Below, piece after piece: positions 21,270 to 31,851 of a DNA stretch of 64,000 bases. The first letter of the stretch is position 1; every line of letters begins with the position of its first letter. Made by a program: the position numbers and the translations under genes. This DNA is from Candidatus Nomurabacteria bacterium (GTDB lineage Bacteria; Patescibacteriota; Patescibacteriia; Magasanikbacterales; UBA922), in assembly GCA_020632445.1 (NCBI GenBank), contig JACKFN010000001.1, positions 75,975 through 139,974 on the forward strand, written 5' to 3'. The notes beneath the pieces were generated by a model that saw only the letters and a program-made list of their open reading frames with translations, was not told where the DNA came from and searched no databases.

Positions 21270-22916
21270 TTACTCTATACCACTTCCTTCTTCGTATTGG
21301 GCCAAATCATCGACCTCGAGAATCCTGTCCGTTCGATACCCGAGTCTATCAAAAACTCTCAAGCTCTGTATGTGACGCTTTTGGGTTCTTGAAGGATCCT
21401 GAGGATTCGGCTCAAGTCGGTATACTCGACTATCCCCTTTTGCTTTTATCAGGGTAAATCGAGGATGTCTTGAGGCATCACGAATCTCTTCACCATCGGC
21501 ATACTGACTCAATAAGTCATCAGATACGTCTTCAATCCAATCGTATGAGTAGTTCAATGATTCAAATACACTCCCTGAACGAATCCAATACTTTTTTCCT
21601 CCCTGCAGGAGATACACCTTTGGATCTCCAACCACTTTTACAACCGCACCTTCTCCGGCATTGTATAAACGCCCAAGAGGCATAAATCTAAGACGATCCT
21701 CAGCGATACTGTTTATTCTGTCATCAACCTGGACTTCACCCCAACTCGTGAAGTAGGTAAAGAAGACACGGCTGTTGCGAAATGCTCTTTTGGTACACTG
21801 CTTTGCCGTAGTATCAATGCGTCCATTATCCAATCGCGGCTCTGTTACAAAGTACACAGCAGAGGAAGAGCGAGATTTGTATGCCTTTCCAACCTCCAAA
21901 GGGCAATCAAATGAGATCTCTGGTTGAGGCTGTGCTATAGGCACTGGAGTCAATATAGGCATTGGTGTTGGAACTGGTGTAAATCGTGGAGCAGTCTCAT
22001 ACGCGTCAGCTTCACTCGGCACATCGTCGTTACTTCCCTGATCTGCAGGGGGAAGCCCATCGGCTTCATTTGATTCGGTTGGGCCATCATCCTGGAATGG
22101 TTCAAGCGGTGGTGGCAATTCTTCAGGATCATTTTGCACTGGTGGTGGTGAAGGTGGTGGTTGGTTTCCACTGGCTACGGTATCATACGAGCTACTATGC
22201 AAACTCACATGAGAATACCTGTTGAAACCAACATAGTACTCTCCTATTTGTTGTGAGGCTGCAAATCTATACATCCCATTCCCCACACTCTCAATCTGAA
22301 CCGGTGCCTGCTTGCCTAATCCGGCGTAGGAAACAAAACCGGCATTTCCCACGGTATATACATCAATTTCATGGTAGCCTTGCTGATTTCCCCACTGACT
22401 ATTACTCCAAGGCTGCCCATTTTCATCATATATATACAGCGTTACGGTCTCACCTTGTCCAAATGCACGTGAAGGATAAATTTCTACAAAGGGCTCATTG
22501 CGAACTTGGAACACCTCGGAGGCAAAAAATTCTCCTTCAGGCGTTTGCATTCGAAACCGATAATACCCTGGATCATAAGGAGCTTCAAAAGAATAAGTCC
22601 CATCATCATAGGAGATGATATTATTTTCTGGCAGAAGTATCCGATGTACCCCCCAAACACCGCCTGGATACTGTGGGTTGACTGAAATCTCCACAAACCA
22701 TCCCTCTGGGATTGGCACCGGTTCACTTCTGTTGACGTTTTGACGAACATTTGGCTGCGTGTGCAGTGAAAAATGCATTTGGTGACCAGGTGTCACCTTG
22801 TTGCTTGAGAGTGAAACGGAAGTAATGTTCCCCGTTGCACTCACCTGCTCCGTGGACGAAAGGAGCATGGCAAGCACAAAAATGCTCGCGGCCACGACCC
22901 TAACAATGTGCTTCAT
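21270..22916 (-). CDS. Secreted protein with Pro-rich linker and a C-terminal domain shared with the ORF at 58260..59663
   Basis: Signal peptide. PPPSPPPVQNDPEELPPPLEPF linker. C-terminal ~230 aa align with the other secreted ORF (CPL..KAYKS..SS..YVTE...KRAF.NS..FTYF.SW.EVQ ... DPK.Y...G.K.W ... DP.VYR.EP..DP.R...RHI...F..LG.R.DRILE.D). Confidence 0.6.
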   Translation of the reverse strand: MKHIVRVVAASIFVLAMLLSSTEQVSATGNITSVSLSSNKVTPGHQMHFSLHTQPNVRQNVNRSEPVPIPEGWFVEISVNPQYPGGVWGVHRILLPENNIISYDDGTYSFEAPYDPGYYRFRMQTPEGEFFASEVFQVRNEPFVEIYPSRAFGQGETVTLYIYDENGQPWSNSQWGNQQGYHEIDVYTVGNAGFVSYAGLGKQAPVQIESVGNGMYRFAASQQIGEYYVGFNRYSHVSLHSSSYDTVASGNQPPPSPPPVQNDPEELPPPLEPFQDDGPTESNEADGLPPADQGSNDDVPSEADAYETAPRFTPVPTPMPILTPVPIAQPQPEISFDCPLEVGKAYKSRSSSAVYFVTEPRLDNGRIDTTAKQCTKRAFRNSRVFFTYFTSWGEVQVDDRINSIAEDRLRFMPLGRLYNAGEGAVVKVVGDPKVYLLQGGKKYWIRSGSVFESLNYSYDWIEDVSDDLLSQYADGEEIRDASRHPRFTLIKAKGDSRVYRLEPNPQDPSRTQKRHIQSLRVFDRLGYRTDRILEVDDLAQYEEGSGIE

Positions 22917-23074
22917 AAATATGGCTTACAAATTAGTGTTTTTATTATACCAGAAAATGCTGAGGCGCAACATATATGAAAACATGTATGAATTTGATCC
23001 ACTTTTGTTTACCCTTCATGAGACTTCATGTATACTGCCACTATTGACCTTCTTACTTTTATCCTATAAAGTCT

Positions 23075-24409
23075 ATGTTTGGTCTAAAAAAATTCTCGAT
23101 CCTTGTGCTCATCGCTGTTGTACTCCTATTTGAGCCATACGATCCTTTACTCGCGTACGATGCCTCAAAACCTTGGTACCAAAACTACAGCCACAGTGTC
23201 TCTCAAAAAACTGCTAACCTTGGATCAATGCCAATTGAGGAATTCTATTTACCCATTCTTTTTGGGGTTGATCTTGGTGACTTTGCTCCAAACTTTGGTG
23301 TAGCGCGTGGTGGTGGTTCACGAACACACGAGGGGCAGGACATCATTGCTGCAAATGGAACCCCCATAGTTTCACCGACTTCTGCAGTCGTTACGCACAT
23401 TCACTACGGAGAAAGTGCCGGGAACTCTGTGTATACTGCAAATCCTGGAAATGAAACCTTTGCCTATCTTCACCTCCAGCGTGTAAATCCCAATCTCTCT
23501 GTCGGAGATACGCTGCAAGTAGGAGACCTTCTTGGATATGTTGGCGATACCGGCAACGCCAAGGGTGGTGCCGCACATCTACACTTCGAGGTCTTAAGAA
23601 ATGAACCAACTGATCCATACCCACGCATAACCAAAGAATTTTCGCCTCAGGAAAAAATGTCACTGGTGTGGAGAATGTTTGAAAGCATGACTGAGGCAGA
23701 CAAAAAACACGTCGCCGGTTTTTTGGGAACCGAGTATAGGGAAGACTTCTCACTCGCCCGATCAAGAGGTTACCCATTACCTCCTGAGATTGTTCACGTA
23801 CTCGATAACCCAGATACCTATCTCCAACCACAGCTTGATTTGACTGTAGGTTCGTCTGGCCAGGAGGTTGCCAGGCTTCAACAGCTCCTGATTGACGCCA
23901 ATGCTGGTATTTATGCGCAAGGACTTGCTTCGGTTCGAGCTACGGGCTATTTTGGATCACTTACCTCTTCGGCTCTACTTGAATACCAACTTGCCAAAGG
24001 TATTTCACCTGCAAACGGATACTATGGAAAAGAAACTCGTGACTATCTTGAAGCGCGCTCAGTCAAATCACAGGATCCATTGCCTATCGTTGAAGATTCT
24101 TCTACTGAAGTGGTGCCAAATCAACCTCTGCCAGAAATCCTGATATCACCCAAAACAACATACGACCTGTCGCATATGCCAAATTCTGATTTATCATCAG
24201 GTGATAAGGGGATTGGAGTAACATGGCTCCAAACATTTCTCATTGCACAAGACACTGGTCCACATGCGAAATCTCTTTCTGATGTTGGAGCAACAGGATA
24301 CTTTGGTCAATTAACGACAAAAGCACTCGCCGAATATCAGGCGACACAAAATATCTCACCGGCCATCGGGTACTACGGTCCGCTGACTCGAGCGAGAATA
24401 AAAAAGTAG
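23075..24409 (+). CDS. M23 peptidase with two C-terminal peptidoglycan-binding (PG_binding_1-like) domains
   Basis: HEGQDIIAANGTPIVSP and GNAKGGAAHLHFEV (M23 family). Two copies of the SLS(D)VGATGYFG..T..AL.EYQ PG-binding motif. Confidence 0.8.
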   Translation: MFGLKKFSILVLIAVVLLFEPYDPLLAYDASKPWYQNYSHSVSQKTANLGSMPIEEFYLPILFGVDLGDFAPNFGVARGGGSRTHEGQDIIAANGTPIVSPTSAVVTHIHYGESAGNSVYTANPGNETFAYLHLQRVNPNLSVGDTLQVGDLLGYVGDTGNAKGGAAHLHFEVLRNEPTDPYPRITKEFSPQEKMSLVWRMFESMTEADKKHVAGFLGTEYREDFSLARSRGYPLPPEIVHVLDNPDTYLQPQLDLTVGSSGQEVARLQQLLIDANAGIYAQGLASVRATGYFGSLTSSALLEYQLAKGISPANGYYGKETRDYLEARSVKSQDPLPIVEDSSTEVVPNQPLPEILISPKTTYDLSHMPNSDLSSGDKGIGVTWLQTFLIAQDTGPHAKSLSDVGATGYFGQLTTKALAEYQATQNISPAIGYYGPLTRARIKK

Positions 24410-24430
24410 TCAAGTTTCTACATCCAAAAC

Positions 24431-24455
24431 AAAAACCGGCTTCATGCCGGTTTTG
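24431..24455. terminator. Rho-independent terminator hairpin
   Basis: AAAAACCGGCttcatGCCGGTTTTG, downstream of the M23/PG-binding gene. Confidence 0.6.
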
Positions 24456-24594
24456 TCTCTTATATATCTTCTTCGTAGAGTATTGCACTCTCCTGACTGG
24501 AGATACATATCGCTGATGATCAAGGCTCTCACATGCTCTCCAGCAACCTGAGAGGGATAACACCGTGATTCTTTTTCACTGGTCTGCGCAGCGC

Positions 24595-27500
24595 CTAAAT
24601 TACATCCTCTTGAATTGGCTGTGCAACCTCTACAATATTTACATTGTCGAGTATAAGCTCTCCGTCACGCACAATAAAGAATATCCGTGCTTCTCTTCCG
24701 TCATACTCATCTGGCACTGTAAACTCTCTTTCATATTGTCTCCATTCGTCTGTAGGAGCTATGTTGTGATACTTTTCCTCAAAATCACTATTGTTCCCTC
24801 CAAAGCCAGATATGTGAATGTGTGTTCTGATTCGGTTTCCAGACGCCTTGTAGTCATACGTCAAACGATATGTCTTTCCAGGCACAAAACTGAGATGCTC
24901 AAGAGTCACCCCTGCGTTCTTTCCAAGAGAATCAACATTCATTACAACACTTGATTTTGCATTGTCATAATATTTGTACACAAGATTTGGTGTCCCATAA
25001 TCTCTCCAATTGGCACGTCCAGCCTGTGACATGTCCCCATCCACAAACATGCGTGGTTCTGAAATTTCTTCAATTACAACATTATCAATGTATGCATCAC
25101 CATCTTTCAGGGTAAATACCAAATTTACCGGCCCATCAAGAACCTCTGGAAGGGTAAATTCTCTTACAAGTTCATTCCACTCTTCAAGTGGAAATCCACC
25201 TACAGTTACATTTCTCATGTAACGAACTGCCAGAGCTCCTTGGTAGTCAGCATTTGAACCATTGATCCCAATGCGTTGGGAGAGTACACCTGAGGCAAGC
25301 TGGTAGCGTACTGAGAGCCTATAGCTCTTGCCAGCCTCAAGTGGAAGATTCTTTTGTTGGATTCCGGCATGCTTTCCAAGAGTCTCAAGGTGTAAGCTTG
25401 AAAGCCCTTCATATCGTTCATCAACCGTTTTGGCAGCTACATTAGGATTTCCCCATACTGACCAATTTGCTGTTCCAATACCTTCCATATCACCATCAAC
25501 CACGATTGGCGCAGAAGTCAGATCAACAGGAGTCATATTGACGTTATCGATATACAGCTCTCCGCTTTTTGCACTCACGACAAAGCGGAAATCACTCACA
25601 AAATCCTGCGGAACCGTAAAATATCGCTCATAAATCTCCCAGTTTTCTCCAGTTTTTTCTATTGTTCGGTAACCCACTCCTTCAAAATCTCTATTTGAGT
25701 CTCTTATTCCCAACCGAGTTCTCATTTCACCAGAAAGCAATCGATAGGCAAAGGAAAGTCTATAGGTCTGTCCAGCCTCTACACCAAGATTGGTTTGTTG
25801 CAAACCTGAACCCTTGTCTTCTCCGGTCACCAGATGCAAGCTATGTCCTCCAAAATAAAAACTTGAAGCATCTGTTTTCTCGAGAACTTCTGGTTGACCC
25901 CATGGACGCCAGTTTACCGTACCAATACTTCCAGGAGTATAGTCGTCTGTCTCAAAGTTCCCATCACAGACAATTGGACGACTCACTGGTGCCTGTTCAT
26001 AATAGTTGATCCCACAAACAGTCGCGATTGGCAGGAGTGGCTCAGGATTATTTCCCATAGCCTCTACTACCGCGTTGTAGGCGTTCACGCGCTTGCCAGA
26101 CTTTACCGCTCCAGCAAGTGTGCCGAGGACATCTCCGGTATTCATGATGATCTCCTTGACCTGTAGCCAAGAGAGATCAGAATTCGCTGACCAAACCAAT
26201 CCAGCAACACCACTGACTATAGGAGTAGCCATTGAGGTCCCGGTCTTATAATTGTAATCATCGAGCGTTTCGTCAACAAAATTAGTAATAGCGACAGCAT
26301 CAACCGCACATCCTGCGCCAACCGTTCCATTTTCCGGATTACTATCTGTTTCCCAAACAAAACGTGCTGCAAAATTTTCTGTAAGGTACTGCTCTGGAAT
26401 ATACCCCCTCAGATTCGCATAAGCGAGGTCATTTTCATCAGAATTATTGTCAATCAACTGCTCGTCATACTGTAAAATACGATCAAAGTTTACCCCATCT
26501 CCACTAAATTCCAAACTCATACTATCACGAAAGTATTCTTCCCAAGTATTATCATAGTAATCCGTGTCACAGGCAGTCAAAAAGGAAAACTGCGGAGAAA
26601 TTTGATTTCCAGACAAATCAATAGTAGGAAGGTTCAAAATAGAAACATGATTGTCTCGATAGCTTTCAAGATCATCTCCCATAAGCGCATGACGCAGTTC
26701 GTCAATGGCTCCACCCCCTTGAATGACATTCGTCTGATCAATTCTTTGAAGTTTTTCAATAAAATCACCCGCCACCCATGTATCTTCGGTCGTGTATCCT
26801 GCTGGCAGTTCAGGTCCTTGATCCGCGTGGCCAAGATGCAAGTAATTTCTCCTAAATGTAGGCACGGTTGAAAGAACATAATCTCCTGGTGCTCCAACAT
26901 CAACACTGTTTGCCCCATATTGCGAATATGCTGATCGCACTCCGTCTTCACTCGTTGCAGCAACACAGATGATGTTGTCAAGATCGTAGCTGCAAGGATA
27001 AAAGCCATATTCATCATTGTCATACCCCCAATTTCCTGCTGCGGCAATAAAAAGACCTCCCGATTGTCCAAATCGATTGATAGCATCATAGAGAGATCGT
27101 GAGTAATATCCTCCACCCCAACTCGCATTGATAACTTTTACATTGTTTTGGATGGCAAAATCTATGGCACTGATCACATCACCGACAATAACTCCACTTT
27201 CATCTCCCACACGTAAGGCCATAACCTGAGCGTTCCAATTTACTCCGGCTATTCCCTTTTCATTGTTTCCACCTGCAGCAATAATTCCTGCTACGTGAGT
27301 TCCATGACCGTGTTCATCTCTTGGGTCGTTATCGTTATCTGCAAAGTCCCATCCATGATTTGGACAAACCATGTTATTTCCGAACGCGTCCTTACACCCC
27401 TGAGAGCCGTCCCACATATTTGATGCAAGATCCTCATGAGTAAAGGAAACACCACTATCAAGAACCGCAATAATTGGTCCATCGTGACTTCCCGTTGTTA

Positions 27501-28101
27501 CTGACCATGCCTGTTCGGCACTGATTCCTGCCTCTGCACTATTTAGACCCCATTGCTCACCATAAAAAGTATCGTTTGGCACAACTGGCTCTGCAGTCTC
27601 TTGGTCAAGAAACGAAAATACATAGTTAGGCTCAGCGTACTGAACGCCTGGGTCATTTTTTAGGTTTTCCAAAAGCTCCTGAGTGGTTTGTCCTGCAGTG
27701 GCATGAAGCACCACGAGGTCCGAAGAACCTTGATCCGGTCTCACTTCAAGATTTTGTCCCCAAGTAAGACGTCTTTCCTCCACTTCTCTTCGAGACCCAG
27801 GTTGAAGTTTTACTACGACTTCTCCTTCGACATAGTCTCGTTTCTTATCTTTTTGAGCTTTTTCAAACTCATCACTGACATACTCATGAGTGACTGGCGC
27901 ACCAACAGGGATGTAACGATCCTTTTGGATCGGACCCTCCATCTGCCTATCTAACGATGCTCGAGCAATCTGCACTGGCTGTCTTGGTACGACAACCGTT
28001 TGAGCACGCAAAGTCTGTGCGGTGGCTGGTGTCGCAATAAGCGAAAAAACGGTCATAACAACAGTTATGCCGGAAATCATGCGAAACGCAGGAGTTTTCA
28101 T
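24595..28101 (-). CDS. Secreted subtilisin-like serine protease (S8 family) with N-terminal propeptide and three tandem ~150-aa C-terminal CBM-like jelly-roll repeats
   Basis: Catalytic triad contexts AVLDSGV (Asp), HGTHVAGIIAAGGN (His), GTSMATPIVSGVAGLV (Ser). Signal peptide present. Three repeated WxxWG...GK.YRL...DN modules at the C-terminus. Confidence 0.85.
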   Translation of the reverse strand: MKTPAFRMISGITVVMTVFSLIATPATAQTLRAQTVVVPRQPVQIARASLDRQMEGPIQKDRYIPVGAPVTHEYVSDEFEKAQKDKKRDYVEGEVVVKLQPGSRREVEERRLTWGQNLEVRPDQGSSDLVVLHATAGQTTQELLENLKNDPGVQYAEPNYVFSFLDQETAEPVVPNDTFYGEQWGLNSAEAGISAEQAWSVTTGSHDGPIIAVLDSGVSFTHEDLASNMWDGSQGCKDAFGNNMVCPNHGWDFADNDNDPRDEHGHGTHVAGIIAAGGNNEKGIAGVNWNAQVMALRVGDESGVIVGDVISAIDFAIQNNVKVINASWGGGYYSRSLYDAINRFGQSGGLFIAAAGNWGYDNDEYGFYPCSYDLDNIICVAATSEDGVRSAYSQYGANSVDVGAPGDYVLSTVPTFRRNYLHLGHADQGPELPAGYTTEDTWVAGDFIEKLQRIDQTNVIQGGGAIDELRHALMGDDLESYRDNHVSILNLPTIDLSGNQISPQFSFLTACDTDYYDNTWEEYFRDSMSLEFSGDGVNFDRILQYDEQLIDNNSDENDLAYANLRGYIPEQYLTENFAARFVWETDSNPENGTVGAGCAVDAVAITNFVDETLDDYNYKTGTSMATPIVSGVAGLVWSANSDLSWLQVKEIIMNTGDVLGTLAGAVKSGKRVNAYNAVVEAMGNNPEPLLPIATVCGINYYEQAPVSRPIVCDGNFETDDYTPGSIGTVNWRPWGQPEVLEKTDASSFYFGGHSLHLVTGEDKGSGLQQTNLGVEAGQTYRLSFAYRLLSGEMRTRLGIRDSNRDFEGVGYRTIEKTGENWEIYERYFTVPQDFVSDFRFVVSAKSGELYIDNVNMTPVDLTSAPIVVDGDMEGIGTANWSVWGNPNVAAKTVDERYEGLSSLHLETLGKHAGIQQKNLPLEAGKSYRLSVRYQLASGVLSQRIGINGSNADYQGALAVRYMRNVTVGGFPLEEWNELVREFTLPEVLDGPVNLVFTLKDGDAYIDNVVIEEISEPRMFVDGDMSQAGRANWRDYGTPNLVYKYYDNAKSSVVMNVDSLGKNAGVTLEHLSFVPGKTYRLTYDYKASGNRIRTHIHISGFGGNNSDFEEKYHNIAPTDEWRQYEREFTVPDEYDGREARIFFIVRDGELILDNVNIVEVAQPIQEDVI

Positions 28102-28254
28102 AGAAATAAGGTTATGAATCTAAAAGGCATGAGACCCTCAGCAAGCTTTTATGCAAGTAGATCTTTATACCACAAAATGAGAATTTTGTCAAGTCTTAGC
28201 AAAAAAAAGCTCTCTCTAGGGTAGAACGTTCTTTCCGCAAACGTATTACACCTC

Positions 28255-30261
28255 CTATGAGGCACCACGTGCCTGATAAGCAGTATGCTTCCAAAATCTG
28301 CCTTTTTGAAACTGGAGCTTCTTCCAATTATAGAAGAAATGCAGCTCACAAAGCGTCAAAGGAAGATCTGCCTCAATGGCATTCTTATCAAATCCATCAC
28401 AATCAAGCAATCCGGGAACTCCTGAGATAGATTCCTGCCCATCCTCATTAATATACAGATCAAGATCATGCATACCCAAAAGGTTGGGATATTCCCTCCT
28501 TGCTTCAAAGATAGAGTACCCCTCAAGTGAATGAGACTCGTTTATACCAAGCATGTGCAGCAGTGTTGGTGTAAAATCAACACCATTTGCGCGCGTATAT
28601 ACTTCATTATCAAGCGTCGAAGAAGGAATATATGTCATGAAGACGTTTTGGTCGTAATAACTCAGGTCTAAATCCTCTGGAAATGCCTTTCGTACCGGTT
28701 GGCTTGGAAATGCCGCGTGATCCGCCACCAAAACGAGCATGGAATTTTGTGCTAGATCACTTTTGCGAAAATCGTCCCAAAACTCTCCAAAAGCTTCGTC
28801 TGTTGAATAAAATGTATCAAACACATCATCACTTCCATCATCAAGTCTGTGTCCATCTTTTGGAAAGGCATATGGCGGATGAGTATCAACCGTTGAATAC
28901 ATCATTAAAAATGGTCTTTCGTCATGAGCATGTTGCTGTGCAAACTTAAAAATTTCAGGAAACATCTGATGGTCTGAATACCCCCATGACTTTGCGTCTT
29001 CTTGAATGTATGCTGACATTTCCTGTGTACCAAGGACATCATCTACACCCATATTTACAAACATGCGATTCTTGTTTCCATAATCTTTCTCAACAGAGGT
29101 CATATATCCAGCGTACCCATAACCATGCTGCTTGAGTATTTCTGGCAAGCACTCGAGTCTATGTCCACTAAGAATTCCCTTGGTTTCTATCTCGACGTGA
29201 CTTGTAGTCGGATAGTGCGAGCACAGCAGCGAAAGCAAACCAGTGGCCGTAGGTGTACTTGCATTATAGTAATTGTGAAAGACCGTTACATCTGGATGCT
29301 CTGAAAATCGTTTCATGTTTGGAGTAACATTGCCAATCTCTTGATTGTAAACACTGGTAAGCCGTGAAGAAAATGATTCTAAAAAAAGAATGATAATATT
29401 TGGATGCTGCTTTTGAAATTCTTTTCGGGAAACCTTTGGCAATGCATCTGTGTACATGTCATCTCTACTTATCAAATAAAAATCCTGGTAGTTATAAAAA
29501 ATACCAAATCTTTCAAGTTTTTTTTGAAGTGCTTCTGGAAGCTCGCTATAATCTGAATTGACCTCACTATGATGCACAAACGGTCGAAGGACCAAACGTT
29601 CCGGCAAAGTAAAATACAAATCATATCTCATGACGCATGCTACCAATACGCACAGCGCCGCAACTAAGAAGATCAACTGAGATAAAAACCGGTTTCCCTG
29701 TGAAATAGCTAAAAGGAGCCTATACACCCCCCAAAATGCAACCACAAGTGCAATCGCTGCAGCCATCGGCACAGGCTGAAAAAAACTTTTTGCGATTATT
29801 GCTACTGCTCCGGTCGCATGCGCCATGGCTGTTGGCGTTATATGCAAGCCCGAATAGTATAAGATGAATGCGTCAACGAATAAAACTAAACTACACAGCG
29901 CAAAAAAAGAAACACTCAAGAAAACTTTTAATTTTCTTCTGAAAAAAGGAATAATCTGTAAGGTCAGAAAAAAAATCATCCATACGCTTGAAACTAAGAC
30001 AGAACGTTTTACAAAAATATTATGTATATGACGCGCTTCTTCGTAGACGTAGAATGTATACGAAAAAGCTTGGTACAGACCCACGACAAGAAACACAAAT
30101 CCACCAAGACCGAGTAACCTGGCAAGGGCGACTGCCTGTTCCGGGTATTTTTTTCTCAGAAAAAGGAATTCAAGCAACCCAAAGCTTGCACCTATATACA
30201 GTACCTGTAATAAAGTAAACACGTGATCCAAAAACTCATCAAGAAACATAGAATACTCCAA
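28255..30261 (-). CDS. LtaS/sulfatase-family membrane protein (alkaline-phosphatase-superfamily phosphoglycerol/phosphoethanolamine transferase-like)
   Basis: About 5 N-terminal TM helices followed by an extracellular sulfatase-like domain (YYNASTPTATGLLSLLCSHYP, DTHPPY, LVADHAAF). Confidence 0.7.
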   Translation of the reverse strand: MEYSMFLDEFLDHVFTLLQVLYIGASFGLLEFLFLRKKYPEQAVALARLLGLGGFVFLVVGLYQAFSYTFYVYEEARHIHNIFVKRSVLVSSVWMIFFLTLQIIPFFRRKLKVFLSVSFFALCSLVLFVDAFILYYSGLHITPTAMAHATGAVAIIAKSFFQPVPMAAAIALVVAFWGVYRLLLAISQGNRFLSQLIFLVAALCVLVACVMRYDLYFTLPERLVLRPFVHHSEVNSDYSELPEALQKKLERFGIFYNYQDFYLISRDDMYTDALPKVSRKEFQKQHPNIIILFLESFSSRLTSVYNQEIGNVTPNMKRFSEHPDVTVFHNYYNASTPTATGLLSLLCSHYPTTSHVEIETKGILSGHRLECLPEILKQHGYGYAGYMTSVEKDYGNKNRMFVNMGVDDVLGTQEMSAYIQEDAKSWGYSDHQMFPEIFKFAQQHAHDERPFLMMYSTVDTHPPYAFPKDGHRLDDGSDDVFDTFYSTDEAFGEFWDDFRKSDLAQNSMLVLVADHAAFPSQPVRKAFPEDLDLSYYDQNVFMTYIPSSTLDNEVYTRANGVDFTPTLLHMLGINESHSLEGYSIFEARREYPNLLGMHDLDLYINEDGQESISGVPGLLDCDGFDKNAIEADLPLTLCELHFFYNWKKLQFQKGRFWKHTAYQARGAS

Positions 30262-30389
30262 AGTATAACCTCCTCCTGAAAAAATGGCAACTTAGCTGAA
30301 AACGTATATCACACTATCACGACAAACAAAATCAATAAACAAAAAATACCCATAGGGCATTTTTTGTTTTACACCGTATTACTATACAT

Positions 30390-31658
30390 TTACTTATGCC
30401 ACCTTCCACGACGTCTTTTGTTCCCCCTTGAACCTTTTGATGATCCTCTTGAATGACCGTTTGGTTGACCTCTAAAGGATCTCTGATGACGTCTGTGCTG
30501 TGTTTCTTCGACTGGTGGCTTTTCCCTCTCAGGTGGCAACTCTGGAAGTGCAAGCACAGGAATGGCCTTTCGAATCATCTTTTCTATTCTCCGTATGTCA
30601 GACTTTTCTCCGGGAGTCACAAAAGAAATGGCCTTTCCAAATCTTCCCGCTCGCCCGGTTCTTCCAATTCGGTGTACATAATCTTCAAGGCTATCAGGCA
30701 GATCAAAATTGATAACCAAAGAAATATCTTTCACATCAATACCACGGGCAGCAATATCTGTAGCAACCATTACACGGAACCTGCCCTTGCGAAACCCATC
30801 GAGTGCCATCTCTCGTTGACGCTGTGAACGGTTCCCATGAATTTCCGTTGAAGTATGTCCCATGTTTCGGATGTCACGAGCAATTCTTTTTGCCCCGTGC
30901 TTGGTACGAGAAAAAATGAGGATAGTGTCGCTGCTATACTTTGACAAAAGTGAATCAAGCAAACGCATTTTTTTGTTTTTGAGGACAACAAAAATTTCTT
31001 GCTCAACATTTTCAGCTGAGGTTCCTTCAGGTGCCACCTCAATCCTTAGTGGTAATTTCATAAACTCACTGGCAAGCTTGGAAACTGACTTTGGCATGGT
31101 CGCAGAAAACAAAAGCGTCTGGCGCTGCTGTGGCACGCCTTTCATAATACGTTTTATATTCGGCAAGAAACCAACATCAAGCATTCTGTCAGCCTCATCC
31201 ATGGTGACGATCTTTACATCGCGCAAATGACATGCTCCCTGATTAACCAGATCATCAAGACGCCCTGGTGTTGCTACAATGATATGTGGTTTTTGCTTGA
31301 GTGCTCGCACCTGAGCATTCTGAGAGACACCACCAATGACTGCAACACTTCGCAATCCAAGGGGTCTTCCAATAGCGTCAAGAGAAGCATGCACCTGTCC
31401 TGCAAGTTCTCTTGTTGGAACAAGTACAAGCCCCTGTCCCTTGCCTGAAATAAGCCTTTCAATCATTGGAATACCAAAACCAAGGGTCTTTCCGGTCCCT
31501 GTTTGTGCAATTCCTACTATGTCTTTTCCTTCAAGCGCGTCAGGAATCACCTGATGCTGGATGGGTGTTGGGGATACAAATCCCTTTTGGTTGAGGGCCT
31601 CTAGCAAATTGCGAGAAATCCCAAGGTCGGCAAACCGACCAGTCTTGTTATCTTTCAT
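30390..31658 (-). CDS. DEAD-box ATP-dependent RNA helicase with Arg/Gly-rich C-terminal tail
   Basis: Q-motif region, AQTGTGKT, PTRELA, MDEADRMLD, SAT, HRIGRTGRAGR. C-terminal tail HRRHQRSFRGQPNGHSRGSSKGSRGNKRRRGRWHK. Confidence 0.9.
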   Translation of the reverse strand: MKDNKTGRFADLGISRNLLEALNQKGFVSPTPIQHQVIPDALEGKDIVGIAQTGTGKTLGFGIPMIERLISGKGQGLVLVPTRELAGQVHASLDAIGRPLGLRSVAVIGGVSQNAQVRALKQKPHIIVATPGRLDDLVNQGACHLRDVKIVTMDEADRMLDVGFLPNIKRIMKGVPQQRQTLLFSATMPKSVSKLASEFMKLPLRIEVAPEGTSAENVEQEIFVVLKNKKMRLLDSLLSKYSSDTILIFSRTKHGAKRIARDIRNMGHTSTEIHGNRSQRQREMALDGFRKGRFRVMVATDIAARGIDVKDISLVINFDLPDSLEDYVHRIGRTGRAGRFGKAISFVTPGEKSDIRRIEKMIRKAIPVLALPELPPEREKPPVEETQHRRHQRSFRGQPNGHSRGSSKGSRGNKRRRGRWHK

Positions 31659-31851
31659 AAAAAAAAGTATGACCCGATTATTCTTGAAGTCATACTTTTG
31701 ACATAAAAGATTCGAGCCGCCCGAAAGTCACACAATGACTGTGGGCATATAAATGAATACTGTATACTAACACGTCCAAGGAACTTTGTCAAGTATAGGC
31801 TTATCTTGCACAAAGGCCCCAAAAGTATTTAGGGCCTTCATCTACAAAAAG

